Shown: positions 7,827-18,129, counted from the stretch's first letter. The stretch is 64,000 bases of DNA from an uncultured Polyangiaceae bacterium (GCA_964459035.1 CAYWLO010000003.1:30520-94519); one strand, 5' to 3'. Numbers and translations are program-made. The notes: a model not told the origin generated them from the letters alone.

Positions 7827-10400
7827 TCACTGAATGATGGGCAATGAAGCTTCGCTCGCTTTTTTTGTGAAAGAGGGCAAAGCATCGAAGCTGAGGTAAC
7901 GATAGAGTTCAGGAGCCATTGGGTTGAGCTTTGAGGCGTACTTCAAATACTCATCAAAAGTAGGAATGTAGCCGAGAATTGAGACCACGGCAGCCATTTC
8001 AGCGCTGGATAAATATACGTTTGCACCTTTGCCCAATCGGTTTGGAAAGTTACGGGTCGAAGTAGAAACAACAGTCGACTGAGGCGCCACGCGCGCTTGA
8101 TTTCCCATGCAAAGGGAGCAACCGGGCATTTCTGTTCGTGCCCCAGCTTGTGCAAAGAGGTTGTAGTATCCCTCTTCCATCAATTGGTGCTCGTCCATCT
8201 TGGTGGGGGGAGCCACCCAAAGACGAGTAGGTACAACATCACCGTACTCTTTGAGCAAAGTAGCGGCAGCACGAAAGTGCCCAATGTTTGTCATGCATGA
8301 GCCGATGAAAACCTCGTCAATTTTTGTGCCCGAAAGTTCACTCAGTGTTTTCACATCATCGGGATCGTTGGGACAAGCCAAGATGGGTTCTTTAATCGCG
8401 CTGACATCGATCTCCATGATAGTGTGGTATTCGGCGTCTTTGTCTGCTTCTAAGAGAACGGGGGTCTCAATCCATTTCTCCATTTCCTGAGCACGACGTT
8501 CGAGGGTGCGGGCGTCATTATAACCTTCGGCAATCATCCAGCGCAGCATGATGATATTGCTTTTGAGGTACTCGATGATGGGCTCTTTGTTGAGTTTGAT
8601 GGAACACCCTGCTGCTGAACGCTCGGCCGTTGCGTCGCTCAGTTCAAATGCTTGTTCCACCTTTAAATCGGGAAGGCCCTCAATTTCTAGAATTCTGCCA
8701 GAAAAGACATTTTTCTTACCCTTCTTCTCAACGGTCAAAAGTCCCTTTTTGATGGCCTCGAGGGGAATAGAATTGACGAGATCTCGCAGGGTAATTCCTG
8801 GTTGCATCTCTCCTTTGAAGCGAACAAGCACACTTTCTGGCATGTCCAAAGGCATCACGCCTAGGGCGCCAGCGAAGGCGACGAGACCTGAGCCAGCGGG
8901 AAAGGATATTCCCAAGGGAAAGCGAGTATGGCTATCGCCGCCTGTGCCGACCTGATCGGGTAGCAACATACGGTTTAGCCAGCTGTGAATGATGCCGTCC
9001 CCTGGGCGCAAGGAAATGCCCCCGCGATTTGTGATAAAATCGGGCAGGGTGTGTTGAGTGTCGATGTCTACAGGTTTGGGATACGCCGCTGTGTGACAAA
9101 AGGATTGCATGACCAAATCTGCCGAAAAGCCGAGGCACGCAAGTTCTTTCCACTCGTCGCGGGTCATGGGGCCCGTGGTGTCCTGAGAGCCAACGCTATT
9201 CATTGTAGGCTCACAATAGGTGCCGGGGCGAATACCTGAAACGCCGCAAGCTTTGCCAACCATCTTTTGCGCGAGGCTATAGCCCTTGCCTGTGTCGTTG
9301 GGATCAACCGGAGAGCGAAAGACCTTTGAAGGGCCTAGACCTAAGGACTCACGGGCGCGCCGGGTGAGGCTACGGCCAATAATGAGAGGGATACGTCCTC
9401 CCGCTTGCACCTCGTCTAACAATACCTGAGTGCGCAAAGAGAACTTGCTAATTGTATCCCCTTTTTCGTTCGTGACCTTTCCTTCGTAAGGGTAAACTAC
9501 GATGACATCACCCATATTCATTTGGGAGACATCACACTCAATGGGTAAGGCTCCAGAGTCTTCCATTGTATTGAAAAAGATGGGCGCAATTTTGTCGCCA
9601 ATACAAATTCCACCCGTTTTTTTGTTCGGAATAAAGGGAATATCGTCGCCAAAGTGCCAAAGCACACTATTGGTTGCACTCTTGCGGCTAGAGCCCGTTC
9701 CCACCACATCGCCCACATAAGCTACAGGATTTCCCTGTGCCTTCACCTCTTTTACCTGAACGAGCGCGTCGGTAATGCCGTCTCGCGAAATTTTGAGCAT
9801 TGCCTGAGCATGCAGGGGAATGTCGGGGCGCGACCAGGCATCCTGTGCCGGGGAGAGATCGTCTGTGTTGGTCTCACCCGTTACCTTAAATACAGTGAGT
9901 TGAATTTTCTTTTCTAATGGTTTGCGATTGGTAAACCAATCGGCATCGGCCCACGATTGAACCACCCCTTTGGCACGGGAATTTCCCTTCTTTGCCATCG
10001 TGTCGACATCATGAAAGGCGTCAAACATGAGGAGGGTGTTCTTGAGCTGAGCAGCCGCCAAATCTCCCAATTCATCACTCTCAAGTAACGAAACGAGTGT
10101 TTCGATATTGTAGCCGCCGAGCATTGTGCCCAATATTTCAACGGCTTTCTTTTTATCAATCAGTTGGCAGGTATCTTCGCCCTTGGCCACGGCCGACAAG
10201 AAGCCCGCCTTTACGTAGGCGGCGTCGTCGACTCCTGCGGGGACACGTTGGGTGAAGAGATCGAGCAAGAACGCTGCCTCGCCGGCAGGGGGAGCCTTGA
10301 GTAACGCAACGAGCTGGGTGGTCTGCTCAGCGCTCATGGGGAGAGGGACGATGCCCTGGGCTGCGCGTTCTTCGATGTGCTTACGATATTCTTGGAGCAT
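7827..10400 (-). CDS. acnB: bifunctional aconitate hydratase 2 / 2-methylisocitrate dehydratase
   Basis: 857 aa, collinear with E. coli AcnB from [17 protein letters not shown] to the end. Blocks include [61 protein letters not shown] and [11 protein letters not shown]. Confidence 0.97.
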   Translation of the reverse strand: MLQEYRKHIEERAAQGIVPLPMSAEQTTQLVALLKAPPAGEAAFLLDLFTQRVPAGVDDAAYVKAGFLSAVAKGEDTCQLIDKKKAVEILGTMLGGYNIETLVSLLESDELGDLAAAQLKNTLLMFDAFHDVDTMAKKGNSRAKGVVQSWADADWFTNRKPLEKKIQLTVFKVTGETNTDDLSPAQDAWSRPDIPLHAQAMLKISRDGITDALVQVKEVKAQGNPVAYVGDVVGTGSSRKSATNSVLWHFGDDIPFIPNKKTGGICIGDKIAPIFFNTMEDSGALPIECDVSQMNMGDVIVVYPYEGKVTNEKGDTISKFSLRTQVLLDEVQAGGRIPLIIGRSLTRRARESLGLGPSKVFRSPVDPNDTGKGYSLAQKMVGKACGVSGIRPGTYCEPTMNSVGSQDTTGPMTRDEWKELACLGFSADLVMQSFCHTAAYPKPVDIDTQHTLPDFITNRGGISLRPGDGIIHSWLNRMLLPDQVGTGGDSHTRFPLGISFPAGSGLVAFAGALGVMPLDMPESVLVRFKGEMQPGITLRDLVNSIPLEAIKKGLLTVEKKGKKNVFSGRILEIEGLPDLKVEQAFELSDATAERSAAGCSIKLNKEPIIEYLKSNIIMLRWMIAEGYNDARTLERRAQEMEKWIETPVLLEADKDAEYHTIMEIDVSAIKEPILACPNDPDDVKTLSELSGTKIDEVFIGSCMTNIGHFRAAATLLKEYGDVVPTRLWVAPPTKMDEHQLMEEGYYNLFAQAGARTEMPGCSLCMGNQARVAPQSTVVSTSTRNFPNRLGKGANVYLSSAEMAAVVSILGYIPTFDEYLKYASKLNPMAPELYRYLSFDALPSFTKKASEASLPIIQ

Positions 10401-10497
10401 GATTGATTCCTCAAAGGGGGCGTTTTACGATAAAATCGCCAGTTTTTTGCCTGCTGACCTTATAGCCGAGGCTGATTCATGCGAATAATGGTTTTTT

Positions 10498-10514
10498 CTG
10501 ATGGGAATCATCAG
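10498..10514. promoter_or_regulatory. candidate LysR-type operator in the acnB-lysR divergent region
   Basis: Perfect dyad CTGATG-GGAAT-CATCAG, 16 nt upstream of the LysR-family gene start. Confidence 0.35.
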
Positions 10515-10529
10515 TAATATGCATAAGTC

Positions 10530-11396
10530 ATGGATCTCATTCTCATTCGTTCTCTTCTAGCGGTAGCCGACCATGGGGCCATCAGTGAGGCTGCGGTGGC
10601 CCTCAATATTTCTCAGCCAGCATTGAGCAGGAGGGTTCGAGTACTTGAAGAAGAGTTCGAGGCCGAGTTGGTGGAACGCAGTGGAAGGGGTGTGGCTCTC
10701 ACAGAGATGGGACGCTTGGCAGTCCGGGAGGGACGCTCCCTTGTGGAACGCATGGATGCTCTTAAAGAAGATATTACTCGTCACGTACGCCTAGAGGCCG
10801 GGGTTGTGCGTATTGGGGGCGGGGCGACTGCTGTGAGCTATTTGCTGCCGCAAGCGATTGCTGGCTTTCGTGCTCAGCATCCCGATGTGCGATTTGAAGT
10901 CCGTGAGGCGGGGAGTCGAGACGTGGAACAAGCTGTACAAGCTGGGCTGCTCGAATTGGGGGTGGTTACTCTACCCATTAGTTCTAGCGAGCTTGAAGTA
11001 AGACCTCTTTTAAAGGACCGAATTTTATTGGTCGCGGGCAAGGGGCATGAACTCATCTGTCGTAAGCGAGTGTCTGTTCAAAACCTAGAGGGCCTGAGCT
11101 TAGTAGGATTTGAAGCGGGCACTCAAATTCGCAAATTGATTGATACCGCGTTGAGACAGGCCAACGTGACCATGAATATCATGATGGAACTACGCAGTAT
11201 TGATGCGATATTGCGCATGGTCGACACCACTGGCAGTTTGGCATTTGTCTCGGAAATGGGGGCACAAGGGGGGAGAGTTATCCAGGTATCTGGTCTAAAA
11301 GTGGAGCGGCAGCTAGCCCTCATCTCAAAACGAGATCGGCCGTTATCTCCTGCAGCGGCTTCTTTTGCAGAAAGGATGCTGCAAAAGAGGAATTGA
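10530..11396 (+). CDS. LysR-family transcriptional regulator
   Basis: N-terminal wHTH reads LIRSLLAVADHGAISEAAVALNISQPALSRRVRVLEEEF, followed by a roughly 200-aa substrate-binding-type domain. The gene is divergent from acnB. Confidence 0.9.
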   Translation: MDLILIRSLLAVADHGAISEAAVALNISQPALSRRVRVLEEEFEAELVERSGRGVALTEMGRLAVREGRSLVERMDALKEDITRHVRLEAGVVRIGGGATAVSYLLPQAIAGFRAQHPDVRFEVREAGSRDVEQAVQAGLLELGVVTLPISSSELEVRPLLKDRILLVAGKGHELICRKRVSVQNLEGLSLVGFEAGTQIRKLIDTALRQANVTMNIMMELRSIDAILRMVDTTGSLAFVSEMGAQGGRVIQVSGLKVERQLALISKRDRPLSPAAASFAERMLQKRN

Positions 11397-12690
11397 GTTC
11401 TTGCTTCTATTTACCCGTTGTTTTTGCCAGATAGTGGCTTTTGTTCAGGTAGTATTACTGGGGCGCGCTGCACGGTGTTTTTATCTGCTCTCGATGACAT
11501 TGGCGGTGGGGAGCGGGTGTGGAACCGATTTTTTGACCCGGCCTGGTGGAGGGGGCGGAGCACCGCCCAGTAGTGGGGGCGCGTCGTCCTCAGGAGGCTC
11601 ATTAGGTTGCTGTCCCGGACAGGGCGGAGCTAAAAATGGCTCTGGGGGGGTGAATGCAACCGGAGGAGAAAAGGGAAGTAGCGGCGGGGCAATCGCAACG
11701 GGGGGAACTTTTTTTGAAGGGGAATGCTTGGGGAGCGAGCGCTATTGCGTCGTCGATTGGTTAGGGGTTTGGGACGAGTCAGGCTTTGTACAAGGAAGTC
11801 CAGCGGAGAGCCGCTTTGAGAAAGTAGGAGGCATTGCGAGCAATGAGACAACGCTTTATGTGACCCATGGTCATGCCATTAGCTCAATCGACCGAGTATC
11901 GGGTGTGAGCACTCTTCTAGCGGGCTCGGTGAATTCGGGGTACGCAGACGCACGGGGGGGCGCTGCTCGTTTTTCAAGCCCTTCTGGTATTCTATTGTTC
12001 GAGGGGTTTCTCTATGTCTCGGACACAAAAAATCGAGTTGTGCGTCGGGTGGAGGTGTCTACTGGTCAAGTCACCACCTATCTCAAAACGCTCGTCTCTG
12101 GGCCAGCCGGTCTCGAGATATTGCCAGCGGAGGGTAGTGAGCCCAATTATTTACTGATTGCAGACGAGACCTTGCACATCATTTTACGGGTCGAGATTGC
12201 AGACAAGGCGCCCGTTCCTGGAGTCCTCACCGGTACATTTGGTCAATCGGGTTCAAACTCGGTGCTATTGGACCGTCCTTTTGGTTTGGCGCGCCTGGGA
12301 ACTCAGCTATTCATCACGGAACGCGGCAATCAGAGCGTGCGTACAATTGACTTGGCCAAAACAGCTCCAATCTCTCTTGTCACTCAATGGGGCAATGGCC
12401 AAGCTGGTTTCATGGCGGGCAAGGGCATCGGCGCTCAATTGCGCGACCCAACCGGGATTGGAGTCTTTTTGGATCAAATATATGTGGTCGATAGCGCAAA
12501 TAATGTGATACGCGCCGGAGCAGAGGGAGGGAGCCTTCTCTCAATTGCGGGGGAGCCTGAAGTATCCGGCCATCAAGGAGGAGTGGGAAAAGAGGCTAGA
12601 TTTCAGTCGCCTCAACTATTGCATATTACTCTTGACGGTGTGCTCTTTGTGGCGGAGCAAGCCGTGATTCGTCGAGTGACAATTCAGTAG
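11365..12690 (+). CDS. NHL-repeat beta-propeller protein, probably a secreted lipoprotein
   Basis: A hydrophobic leader ends in LAVGSGC and is followed by a Gly/Ser-rich linker. About six NHL-like blades follow (LYVSDTKNRVVRRVE, LLIADETLHIILRVE, LFITERGNQSVRTIDL, IYVVDSANNVIRAG, LFVAEQAVIRRVT). The start is uncertain: ATG 11365 overlaps lysR by 32 nt, and in-frame TTG 11401 or GTG 11434 are alternatives. Confidence 0.7.
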   Translation: MQKGCCKRGIEFLLLFTRCFCQIVAFVQVVLLGRAARCFYLLSMTLAVGSGCGTDFLTRPGGGGGAPPSSGGASSSGGSLGCCPGQGGAKNGSGGVNATGGEKGSSGGAIATGGTFFEGECLGSERYCVVDWLGVWDESGFVQGSPAESRFEKVGGIASNETTLYVTHGHAISSIDRVSGVSTLLAGSVNSGYADARGGAARFSSPSGILLFEGFLYVSDTKNRVVRRVEVSTGQVTTYLKTLVSGPAGLEILPAEGSEPNYLLIADETLHIILRVEIADKAPVPGVLTGTFGQSGSNSVLLDRPFGLARLGTQLFITERGNQSVRTIDLAKTAPISLVTQWGNGQAGFMAGKGIGAQLRDPTGIGVFLDQIYVVDSANNVIRAGAEGGSLLSIAGEPEVSGHQGGVGKEARFQSPQLLHITLDGVLFVAEQAVIRRVTIQ

Positions 12691-14068
12691 GAGGGAGGGC
12701 ATCTCCCCCACTATCTTCCTTATATTGTAGCAGGGAACTTGCTGGTTTTAGTTCGCCTCGTACGATTTTGTACGCGACCTCTAATGCTAGGTCCGGACCG
12801 CCCAGAGGGTTTCGAGGTATTTCCCGAGCGACTCCTAGATGCAGCTCTTTGTTTGTGGGTGGGGAGCCGCGCTCTTGCACTGGGCTTGTTTTTTTTGCCG
12901 ACTCCAAGAGATGCCCCGGTAGATCTCTTTCTTTCAGCACACGCATGGTGGTACCGTTTTTGTACCCTGGGTCGACCAGTACATGGGGGACAATGCCGTT
13001 TGCCTGCACGGTGTGACCTTTGGGGGTAAAGTAGAGCGCTGTTGTGAGTTTAAGAGCTCCACCATGCCCTAAATTGAGCACTGTTTGTACGCTACCTTTA
13101 CCAAAGGAGGGGGCGCCGACAAGTTGGGCGCGTCCGTGGTCTCGAAGGGCCCCTGCTACTAACTCGGCTGCGCTTGCACTATATTCGTTGATGAGAACTA
13201 CAAGAGAGCCCTTGCTCCAGGCTCCGCCCGAATGGGCCCTGGGTGATTTGAGAATGCGCCCTCGATGTCTGGTCGAATAGATTCCCCCTTCGTTGAGAAA
13301 TTCGTCTGCCATGGCTGTGGCCTCGCGTACCAATCCTCCTGGGTTGTTGCGCAGGTCAAGGATGATACCGCTCAAGTTGGGGCTCTCGTCACGCATCTGT
13401 CCCAATAGAGCCAAAAACTCGTGGTGGGTACCCGACTGAAATGCCTTGATACGAAAGTAGCCGATGTCGCCCAAGAGCAAGCGCGCCCGCACGCTGGCAA
13501 CTTTGATGTTTTCACGGACAACGGTTACGTCGCGAAGCTGATGGGTCGCGGGGTTTTGCAAAGTAAGACGCAAGGGGACCCCTATTTTTCCTCGCATCAT
13601 GCGTACGAGCTGCTGGGGTTTTTCTCCCAGGAGGGGGCGTCCGTCGAGGGCCACGATTTTATCGCCGGCAACAATTCCAGCTCGGTCGGCCGGGGAGCCT
13701 TCTACGGGGGCGATGACGAGGACGTCGCCATCAGTAAACTCGACCTCGACCCCTATGCCACCAAATTGACCCGAGGTATTTCCCTCGAAAATTTTTCGGT
13801 CGCTTCGATTGAGGTAGCTAGAATGGGGATCAAGACCCGCGACCATGCCGCGGAGAGCGCCATCGAGTAATTCGGTTTGGTCCGCTGGTTCAAAATACTC
13901 TTCCTCAATGAGGTGCAAGGCTTCACCCATTTGATCGAGAATTTCGTAGGGGTCGACGTTTTCTTCTTGGGCGAATGTGGGCGTGCTCCAGTTGAGGCAA
14001 AGGCATGCTGCACCCATTGGGAGGCTAATTTGCCTAGTGTGAAGTCGTCGTCGCCCAGGTCGAATCAT
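12626..14068 (-). CDS. S41-family C-terminal processing (tail-specific) peptidase with PDZ domain
   Basis: The PDZ region reads GGIGVEVEF..VIAPVEGSPADRAGIVAGDKIVALDG. The catalytic region reads GIILDLRNNPGG...LINEYSASAAELVAGALRDHGRAQLVGAPSFGKGSVQ. Confidence 0.85.
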   Translation of the reverse strand: MIRPGRRRLHTRQISLPMGAACLCLNWSTPTFAQEENVDPYEILDQMGEALHLIEEEYFEPADQTELLDGALRGMVAGLDPHSSYLNRSDRKIFEGNTSGQFGGIGVEVEFTDGDVLVIAPVEGSPADRAGIVAGDKIVALDGRPLLGEKPQQLVRMMRGKIGVPLRLTLQNPATHQLRDVTVVRENIKVASVRARLLLGDIGYFRIKAFQSGTHHEFLALLGQMRDESPNLSGIILDLRNNPGGLVREATAMADEFLNEGGIYSTRHRGRILKSPRAHSGGAWSKGSLVVLINEYSASAAELVAGALRDHGRAQLVGAPSFGKGSVQTVLNLGHGGALKLTTALYFTPKGHTVQANGIVPHVLVDPGYKNGTTMRVLKERDLPGHLLESAKKTSPVQERGSPPTNKELHLGVAREIPRNPLGGPDLALEVAYKIVRGELKPASSLLQYKEDSGGDALPPTELSLDESRLAPPQRAHRQE

Positions 14069-14377
14069 GGGCGTACCTTACCTTACTTGTTTCGATTGAA
14101 ACAACGCGGGTGCATTTTATCGACTCACAGCTATATCCGTTGACGCCGAGGCTTCTGTGTCGCTCACAGAGTAGGTGTAGTCCCGCTACATGGTGCCGGT
14201 GTCAGGGGTTGTAGGGGTAATTTTCATGCCTTTGACTGCATAGGGCGCATTGCCAGGGGGAGCATAATTCTCTACTCTTGCCTAGAGTGAACGACCGGGT
14301 ACCGAATCTAGCGCGGTACCCTTTAGCGGGATCAAAACACTCGAACCAGATTTTGAACCCCATTTTTCTACCTTGAG

Positions 14378-14605
14378 GTGACGCGCGTGGCAGATGAGAC
14401 AACACCAACCCGAACTGGCAGTGATAAGCGAAAGCAAAGCCTATATTTTCCAGAGATCATGCTGCAAGAGATCAAGGACGAGGCCGCCCGTCTCGACCGC
14501 TCTCTTTCGTGGGTTGTACAGCGAGCTTGGAAATTAGCCCGCGCAGATATCCGTAAAATTCCTAGTGTCAACGACATCGAGGACGAGACGACGGCGACTC
14601 CTTAA
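14378..14605 (+). CDS. small ribbon-helix-helix-like protein
   Basis: 72-75 aa. KQSLYFPEIMLQEIKDEAARLDRSLSWVVQRAWKLA is a classic RHH beta-strand plus two helices. It resembles a small Myxococcales-restricted family as I recall it. The ORF starts with GTG at 14378. GTG 14387 has a better-spaced GAGG and may be the true start. Confidence 0.6.
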   Translation: MTRVADETTPTRTGSDKRKQSLYFPEIMLQEIKDEAARLDRSLSWVVQRAWKLARADIRKIPSVNDIEDETTATP

Positions 14606-14770
14606 GAGGACGTTAGCTCTGGCGGCACGGATGGGCTCACGCACACGCAATGACAGGCGCGGCCCCAGAAGGATATGTGCTGAGGAGAGGATGCGCCAAA
14701 GAGATGGCTTTTGGGTGCGTCCTTTCGGCTTAGATGAAGTTGAACAAGACTGAGTAAGGGGGGCCATTGA

Positions 14771-15583
14771 GTGGACGAAGTGCCATTCAGTGGGCGAGAG
14801 ACAATGAGCGACTCACAAGATGATAAGTTCGTGGGCAGCGCCTCGGTGGGGGACCAAGCGCTGAGTGCTCAGTCACCACAAGTTGTGGGTGATTTGTTGA
14901 GTTTACTCACTCATGATTTGCGCAATCCCTTGGCGGCTCTCTCTAGCAATGCAGGCTATTTAGAGATGTTCAATGAAAATTTATCCCAAGACGCTCAGGA
15001 GGCAATTGCAGATTTGCGCCTTTCTGTTGAAGCGATGGGGCGAATTGTCGAGTCATTGGAGCTTGTCTGTCATGACTTAAAAGATCAGCCGGCTCCCAGT
15101 GCAAGTTCAAGTCATGTGGGTGAGCTAATTTCGGGCATTTGGCCCCAGGTACAACGAGCTGCCGAAAGCCACGGGGTGGAGTTAGAGCTAGACATCAGCG
15201 CTGTTGCGGAATTGAGAATTCTTGCTGGAGCCGCTCCTTTTTCTCGGGCCTTGGCCGGTTTAGTGCACAATGCCCTTTCGGTGGCACCGGCACGCTCGAC
15301 TGTGGTGTTGTCGGGGCACCGCGAGGGCTCGGGGTTGTGTTTTCAAGTACGGGATGAAGGTCCGGTTCTTTCGCCAAAGTTTCTACCCGCGGTTTTTTCT
15401 GCGGAGGGCCAGGTTCAGTTTAAAACCGAAATAGGAGCTCGTTACAGCCGGGGTTTGGGACTTTTTGTCGTCGCCCGCTCGGCCCATTGGGCAGGGGCAG
15501 TGTTGCGGAGCGGTCAGGGCAACCAAGGCAACCAAGGCAACCAAGGTAGCCTACTCGAGCTCGTCGTTCCGGTGTGTAAATAG
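14771..15583 (+). CDS. soluble sensor histidine kinase (HisKA + HATPase_c)
   Basis: The H-box is LLSLLTHDLRNPLAAL, the N-box LVHNALSVAP, G1 VRDEGP and G2 SRGLGLFVV. The track start is GTG 14771, and ATG 14804 (MSDSQDD) is an alternative. Confidence 0.75.
   Translation: MDEVPFSGRETMSDSQDDKFVGSASVGDQALSAQSPQVVGDLLSLLTHDLRNPLAALSSNAGYLEMFNENLSQDAQEAIADLRLSVEAMGRIVESLELVCHDLKDQPAPSASSSHVGELISGIWPQVQRAAESHGVELELDISAVAELRILAGAAPFSRALAGLVHNALSVAPARSTVVLSGHREGSGLCFQVRDEGPVLSPKFLPAVFSAEGQVQFKTEIGARYSRGLGLFVVARSAHWAGAVLRSGQGNQGNQGNQGSLLELVVPVCK
15518..15544 (+). repeat. 3 x 9-bp perfect tandem repeat (GGCAACCAA) encoding GNQGNQGNQ
   Basis: Read directly from the DNA. It is in frame inside the C-terminus of the histidine kinase. 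Confidence 0.9.
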
Positions 15584-15606
15584 ATACCGCGCCCACGGCG
15601 GAGTTC

Positions 15607-16776
15607 TCATGGTTGGAGCATGACGATTTCTTCTGGTTTTCTAAAGAGAACTTTGCCCGTTTCGCCTGGGCACCCCCAACAGCCACTGAAGTGAATTCGT
15701 GGTCGAATGGACGGCGCGTAAGCAAGGGCAATGGGTCCCGGCTCGTTTTTCATTACAAAGGAGCCGGCCAGAGTTTTTTTATCTCCACTGATGAAATAGG
15801 TAAGGACAAAGCTCGTGTCTTTTCCCGAGCGGGCGCTCAGAACTAAAAATTGACTTCCTCGGGCGGGTTGCCACTTTACAGGACGCGTTGTGAGATGAAA
15901 TCCTTTAGTCTCTCCGGGTCCGCGAGCCAATACAGTGCGGGCCGCTTCGGGTTTAAAATAGTGCACATTGCTGGCCAAATATTTCGTGCGCGGATCGCCC
16001 AAGAGTAACTTTGTGAGTTTCTTGAGAGGAAAATCGACTTCTGTGTAAGCTACGCCCAAGCTTGGTTCTTTGAAGGAGGCTGCGTTGGGCGCCCCATAAC
16101 AACAGCGAAAACCGATATCTTTGACCCCTTTTGCATCATGGCGCGCCGCGCAACGCTTGACGGGAGCGCCAGAAGACTTTTGAGATCCTTTGACCACGTT
16201 TTTGCCAATTAAGGTGGAGCCTTTACCAAACTGACTCGCTGTCCATTCGGGAAGGGTGGTGAGTTGAGCCACGTCAAAGTTACTCAGGCAAAGGGGATCA
16301 GAAGGGGGGCAGGGTTTTTCTCCACCAGGGTAGATTGAGCTTTCTGGACCACGACAGGCGCGCTCCCATTCGATCTCGGTGCAAAGTCGGCCTTTCTTTT
16401 GGGCGCAGAGAACCGCCGCTTCACCTTGTGAGACGCCTGTGCGAGGGGGCTTTGTGGGGTCGCCCGGGTAAGGGTAGACGTCCATGCGAAAGGGCCCCAG
16501 CTTGATCTTTTGCAAACTGGGCTCGCGAGAAGGTGCGCGCCCAGGCTCTCCAGGAAGGCTACCAATGTCGAAGGTGCCTACGTTCATGTGAGCTACGGCA
16601 TGGGGGAGGGGCTTCTGGCTTGCAGGTGAGCTAGTCTTTGCGTCTGCAGCACCTGAAGCCTCGCTCGTTTCGCTTTTTTCTTCGCAGCTCAATGTGCAAA
16701 ACACTGCACTTGTCAAGAGCACGTAGGTTCTCAAGAACAGAAAAGGAAGGCTATTGTTCCACCGATAATTTCGCAC
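15607..16776 (-). CDS. formylglycine-generating-enzyme (SUMF1/EgtB/PvdO) family lipoprotein
   Basis: The leader has a lipobox-like TLSC. The FGE-sulfatase-type core reads FRMDVYPYPG...GVSQGEAAVLCAQKKGRLCTEIEWERACRG...PEWTAS...DIGFRCCYG. About 130 aa of unknown C-terminal region follow. Confidence 0.7.
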   Translation of the reverse strand: MRNYRWNNSLPFLFLRTYVLLTSAVFCTLSCEEKSETSEASGAADAKTSSPASQKPLPHAVAHMNVGTFDIGSLPGEPGRAPSREPSLQKIKLGPFRMDVYPYPGDPTKPPRTGVSQGEAAVLCAQKKGRLCTEIEWERACRGPESSIYPGGEKPCPPSDPLCLSNFDVAQLTTLPEWTASQFGKGSTLIGKNVVKGSQKSSGAPVKRCAARHDAKGVKDIGFRCCYGAPNAASFKEPSLGVAYTEVDFPLKKLTKLLLGDPRTKYLASNVHYFKPEAARTVLARGPGETKGFHLTTRPVKWQPARGSQFLVLSARSGKDTSFVLTYFISGDKKTLAGSFVMKNEPGPIALAYAPSIRPRIHFSGCWGCPGETGKVLFRKPEEIVMLQP

Positions 16777-16923
16777 CGAACCACGTTGGCGTGCATTAAT
16801 TGTCAGTTCAAGTGCCCAAGAATACGGCTTAAATTACCTACAAAACGACGGGCATGCTCTTTGCGCTCCTCAAGGCACGTTTCTCCCGTGACCCTTGGGG
16901 ACTCCCTGCTAGGCTCTGGATAC

Positions 16924-17253
16924 ATGCCGCAATTGACGCACCCTCTCGTGAGTCGCCTAGCCCCCCTAATGAACGGGGAGTTGGGCCCATTACATCAGCT
17001 CGTAGCCGAGTGTGTCTTACAATCACCTACCGATCGTGAGCGTTCGATACTTCGATATTTTGGAGCGGAGCTTGGCGCCGTTCAGCGCCGTATCAGATTG
17101 CGCACTGAGCCACCTACTAAAGAAGAAGTAGAGATCGCCCTCACGGCTGTGCTAGCCCTGATGCATCGTCGCAGCGACATTTCTTCGATGGTTGAAGAGT
17201 CCTCGACAATCGCTCAGTTATTGAGAATCGAAGAAGAATCACAACTTTCATGA
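16924..17253 (+). CDS. hypothetical protein (about 110 aa), translationally coupled to the slyD-like gene
   Basis: The track ORF 16786-17253 starts with TTG. I prefer ATG 16924 (MPQLTHPLV...). Its stop overlaps the next start (ATGA at 17250-17253). Confidence 0.45.
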   Translation: MPQLTHPLVSRLAPLMNGELGPLHQLVAECVLQSPTDRERSILRYFGAELGAVQRRIRLRTEPPTKEEVEIALTAVLALMHRRSDISSMVEESSTIAQLLRIEEESQLS

Positions 17254-17807
17254 ATTCCCCCAGAAAGCCTTCGCCTGAAGGTTACCAAGTAGGCCCCGAA
17301 ACCTTCGTTACTTTGCAATGCCAGGTTTTTGATGCCGAGGGCGAGCTTGCCAGTGAGCCGGAGACCTTGGCCACCGTTTTTGGTCTTGGCCAACTGCTAC
17401 CCAAAGTAGAAAAAGAACTTGAGGGCCACTTCGAGGGAGAGACGATTGAAGTCGTACTGCGCACGGAGGACGCCTATGGAAAGCGAGACCCTCAAGCCGT
17501 TCTAGAGGTCGATCGTAGTGAATTTCCTGATGCAGTGGCAGCAGGAGATCGATTTGAGGTAGAAAATGAGCAGGGTGGCCTGCTGGTTGTTCATGTCTTG
17601 GAAGTCTTGGAGCAAGTCGTGGTCCTAGACACCAATCATCCCTTGGCTGACCAAGAAGTAAAATTTCAGGTAAAAATTCAGGAAGTGCGCCCTGCTTCAG
17701 AAGACGAGATGGAGGCGGCGGTCGCTCTGATGGAGGAAGATTCCGACTATCTGAAGGCAGATACACCCAATGTCAGCGTCAATAGTTTGATGAATCGACC
17801 TGCTTAA
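17250..17807 (+). CDS. slyD: FKBP-type peptidyl-prolyl cis-trans isomerase, SlyD-like
   Basis: Contains VTLQCQVFDAEGEL...FGLGQLLPKVEKELEGHFEGETIEVVL..EDAYGKRDP, an insert-in-flap-like segment, and VVLDTNHPLADQEVKFQVKIQEVR. Confidence 0.8.
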   Translation: MNSPRKPSPEGYQVGPETFVTLQCQVFDAEGELASEPETLATVFGLGQLLPKVEKELEGHFEGETIEVVLRTEDAYGKRDPQAVLEVDRSEFPDAVAAGDRFEVENEQGGLLVVHVLEVLEQVVVLDTNHPLADQEVKFQVKIQEVRPASEDEMEAAVALMEEDSDYLKADTPNVSVNSLMNRPA

Positions 17808-17910
17808 GGTGTTTTATAGGGTTTGAGGTTGCCTATGGCACCGGGCGCACGACATACTATGGTCCCGCTTCCCTAGGAGCAGATCCCTCGATCTAGCCAG
17901 GAGATTTTCC

Positions 17911-18114
17911 ATGAATATTATCGAAGATGAATTCCAGTTTGACGTCCGTATTCAAGAGCGCCTCTTGAAAAAAGGAGTGATCAAGAAGGAAGAGTTGGAG
18001 CAACGCCTTGCCGCTCTTGAGGACAAAGAGGACGAATCAGAGCCTCTTGAGTTGGATCAGCCTGGCCTGCTCCCCTCTGAGCCCGAAGCCGAAGCTGCTC
18101 CCGAGACACTTTAG
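17911..18114 (+). CDS. small acidic hypothetical protein (67 aa)
   Basis: An AGGAG sequence lies 8 nt upstream of the ATG. The ORF is followed by a strong GC hairpin. No family was recognised. Confidence 0.5.
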   Translation: MNIIEDEFQFDVRIQERLLKKGVIKKEELEQRLAALEDKEDESEPLELDQPGLLPSEPEAEAAPETL

Positions 18115-18129
18115 AAACCAAGAACTCTG

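Noticed and set aside
14320-14365. tRNA-like T-arm resemblance (minus strand GGTTCAAAATCTGGTTCGAG)
   Set aside because: I could not build an acceptor stem, anticodon arm or CCA-proximal pairing around it, so I do not call it a tRNA.
17308-17766. 152-aa minus-strand ORF antisense to the slyD-like gene
   Set aside because: Its translation is Pro/Arg-rich and low-complexity. The plus-strand frame gives a clean FKBP/SlyD match.
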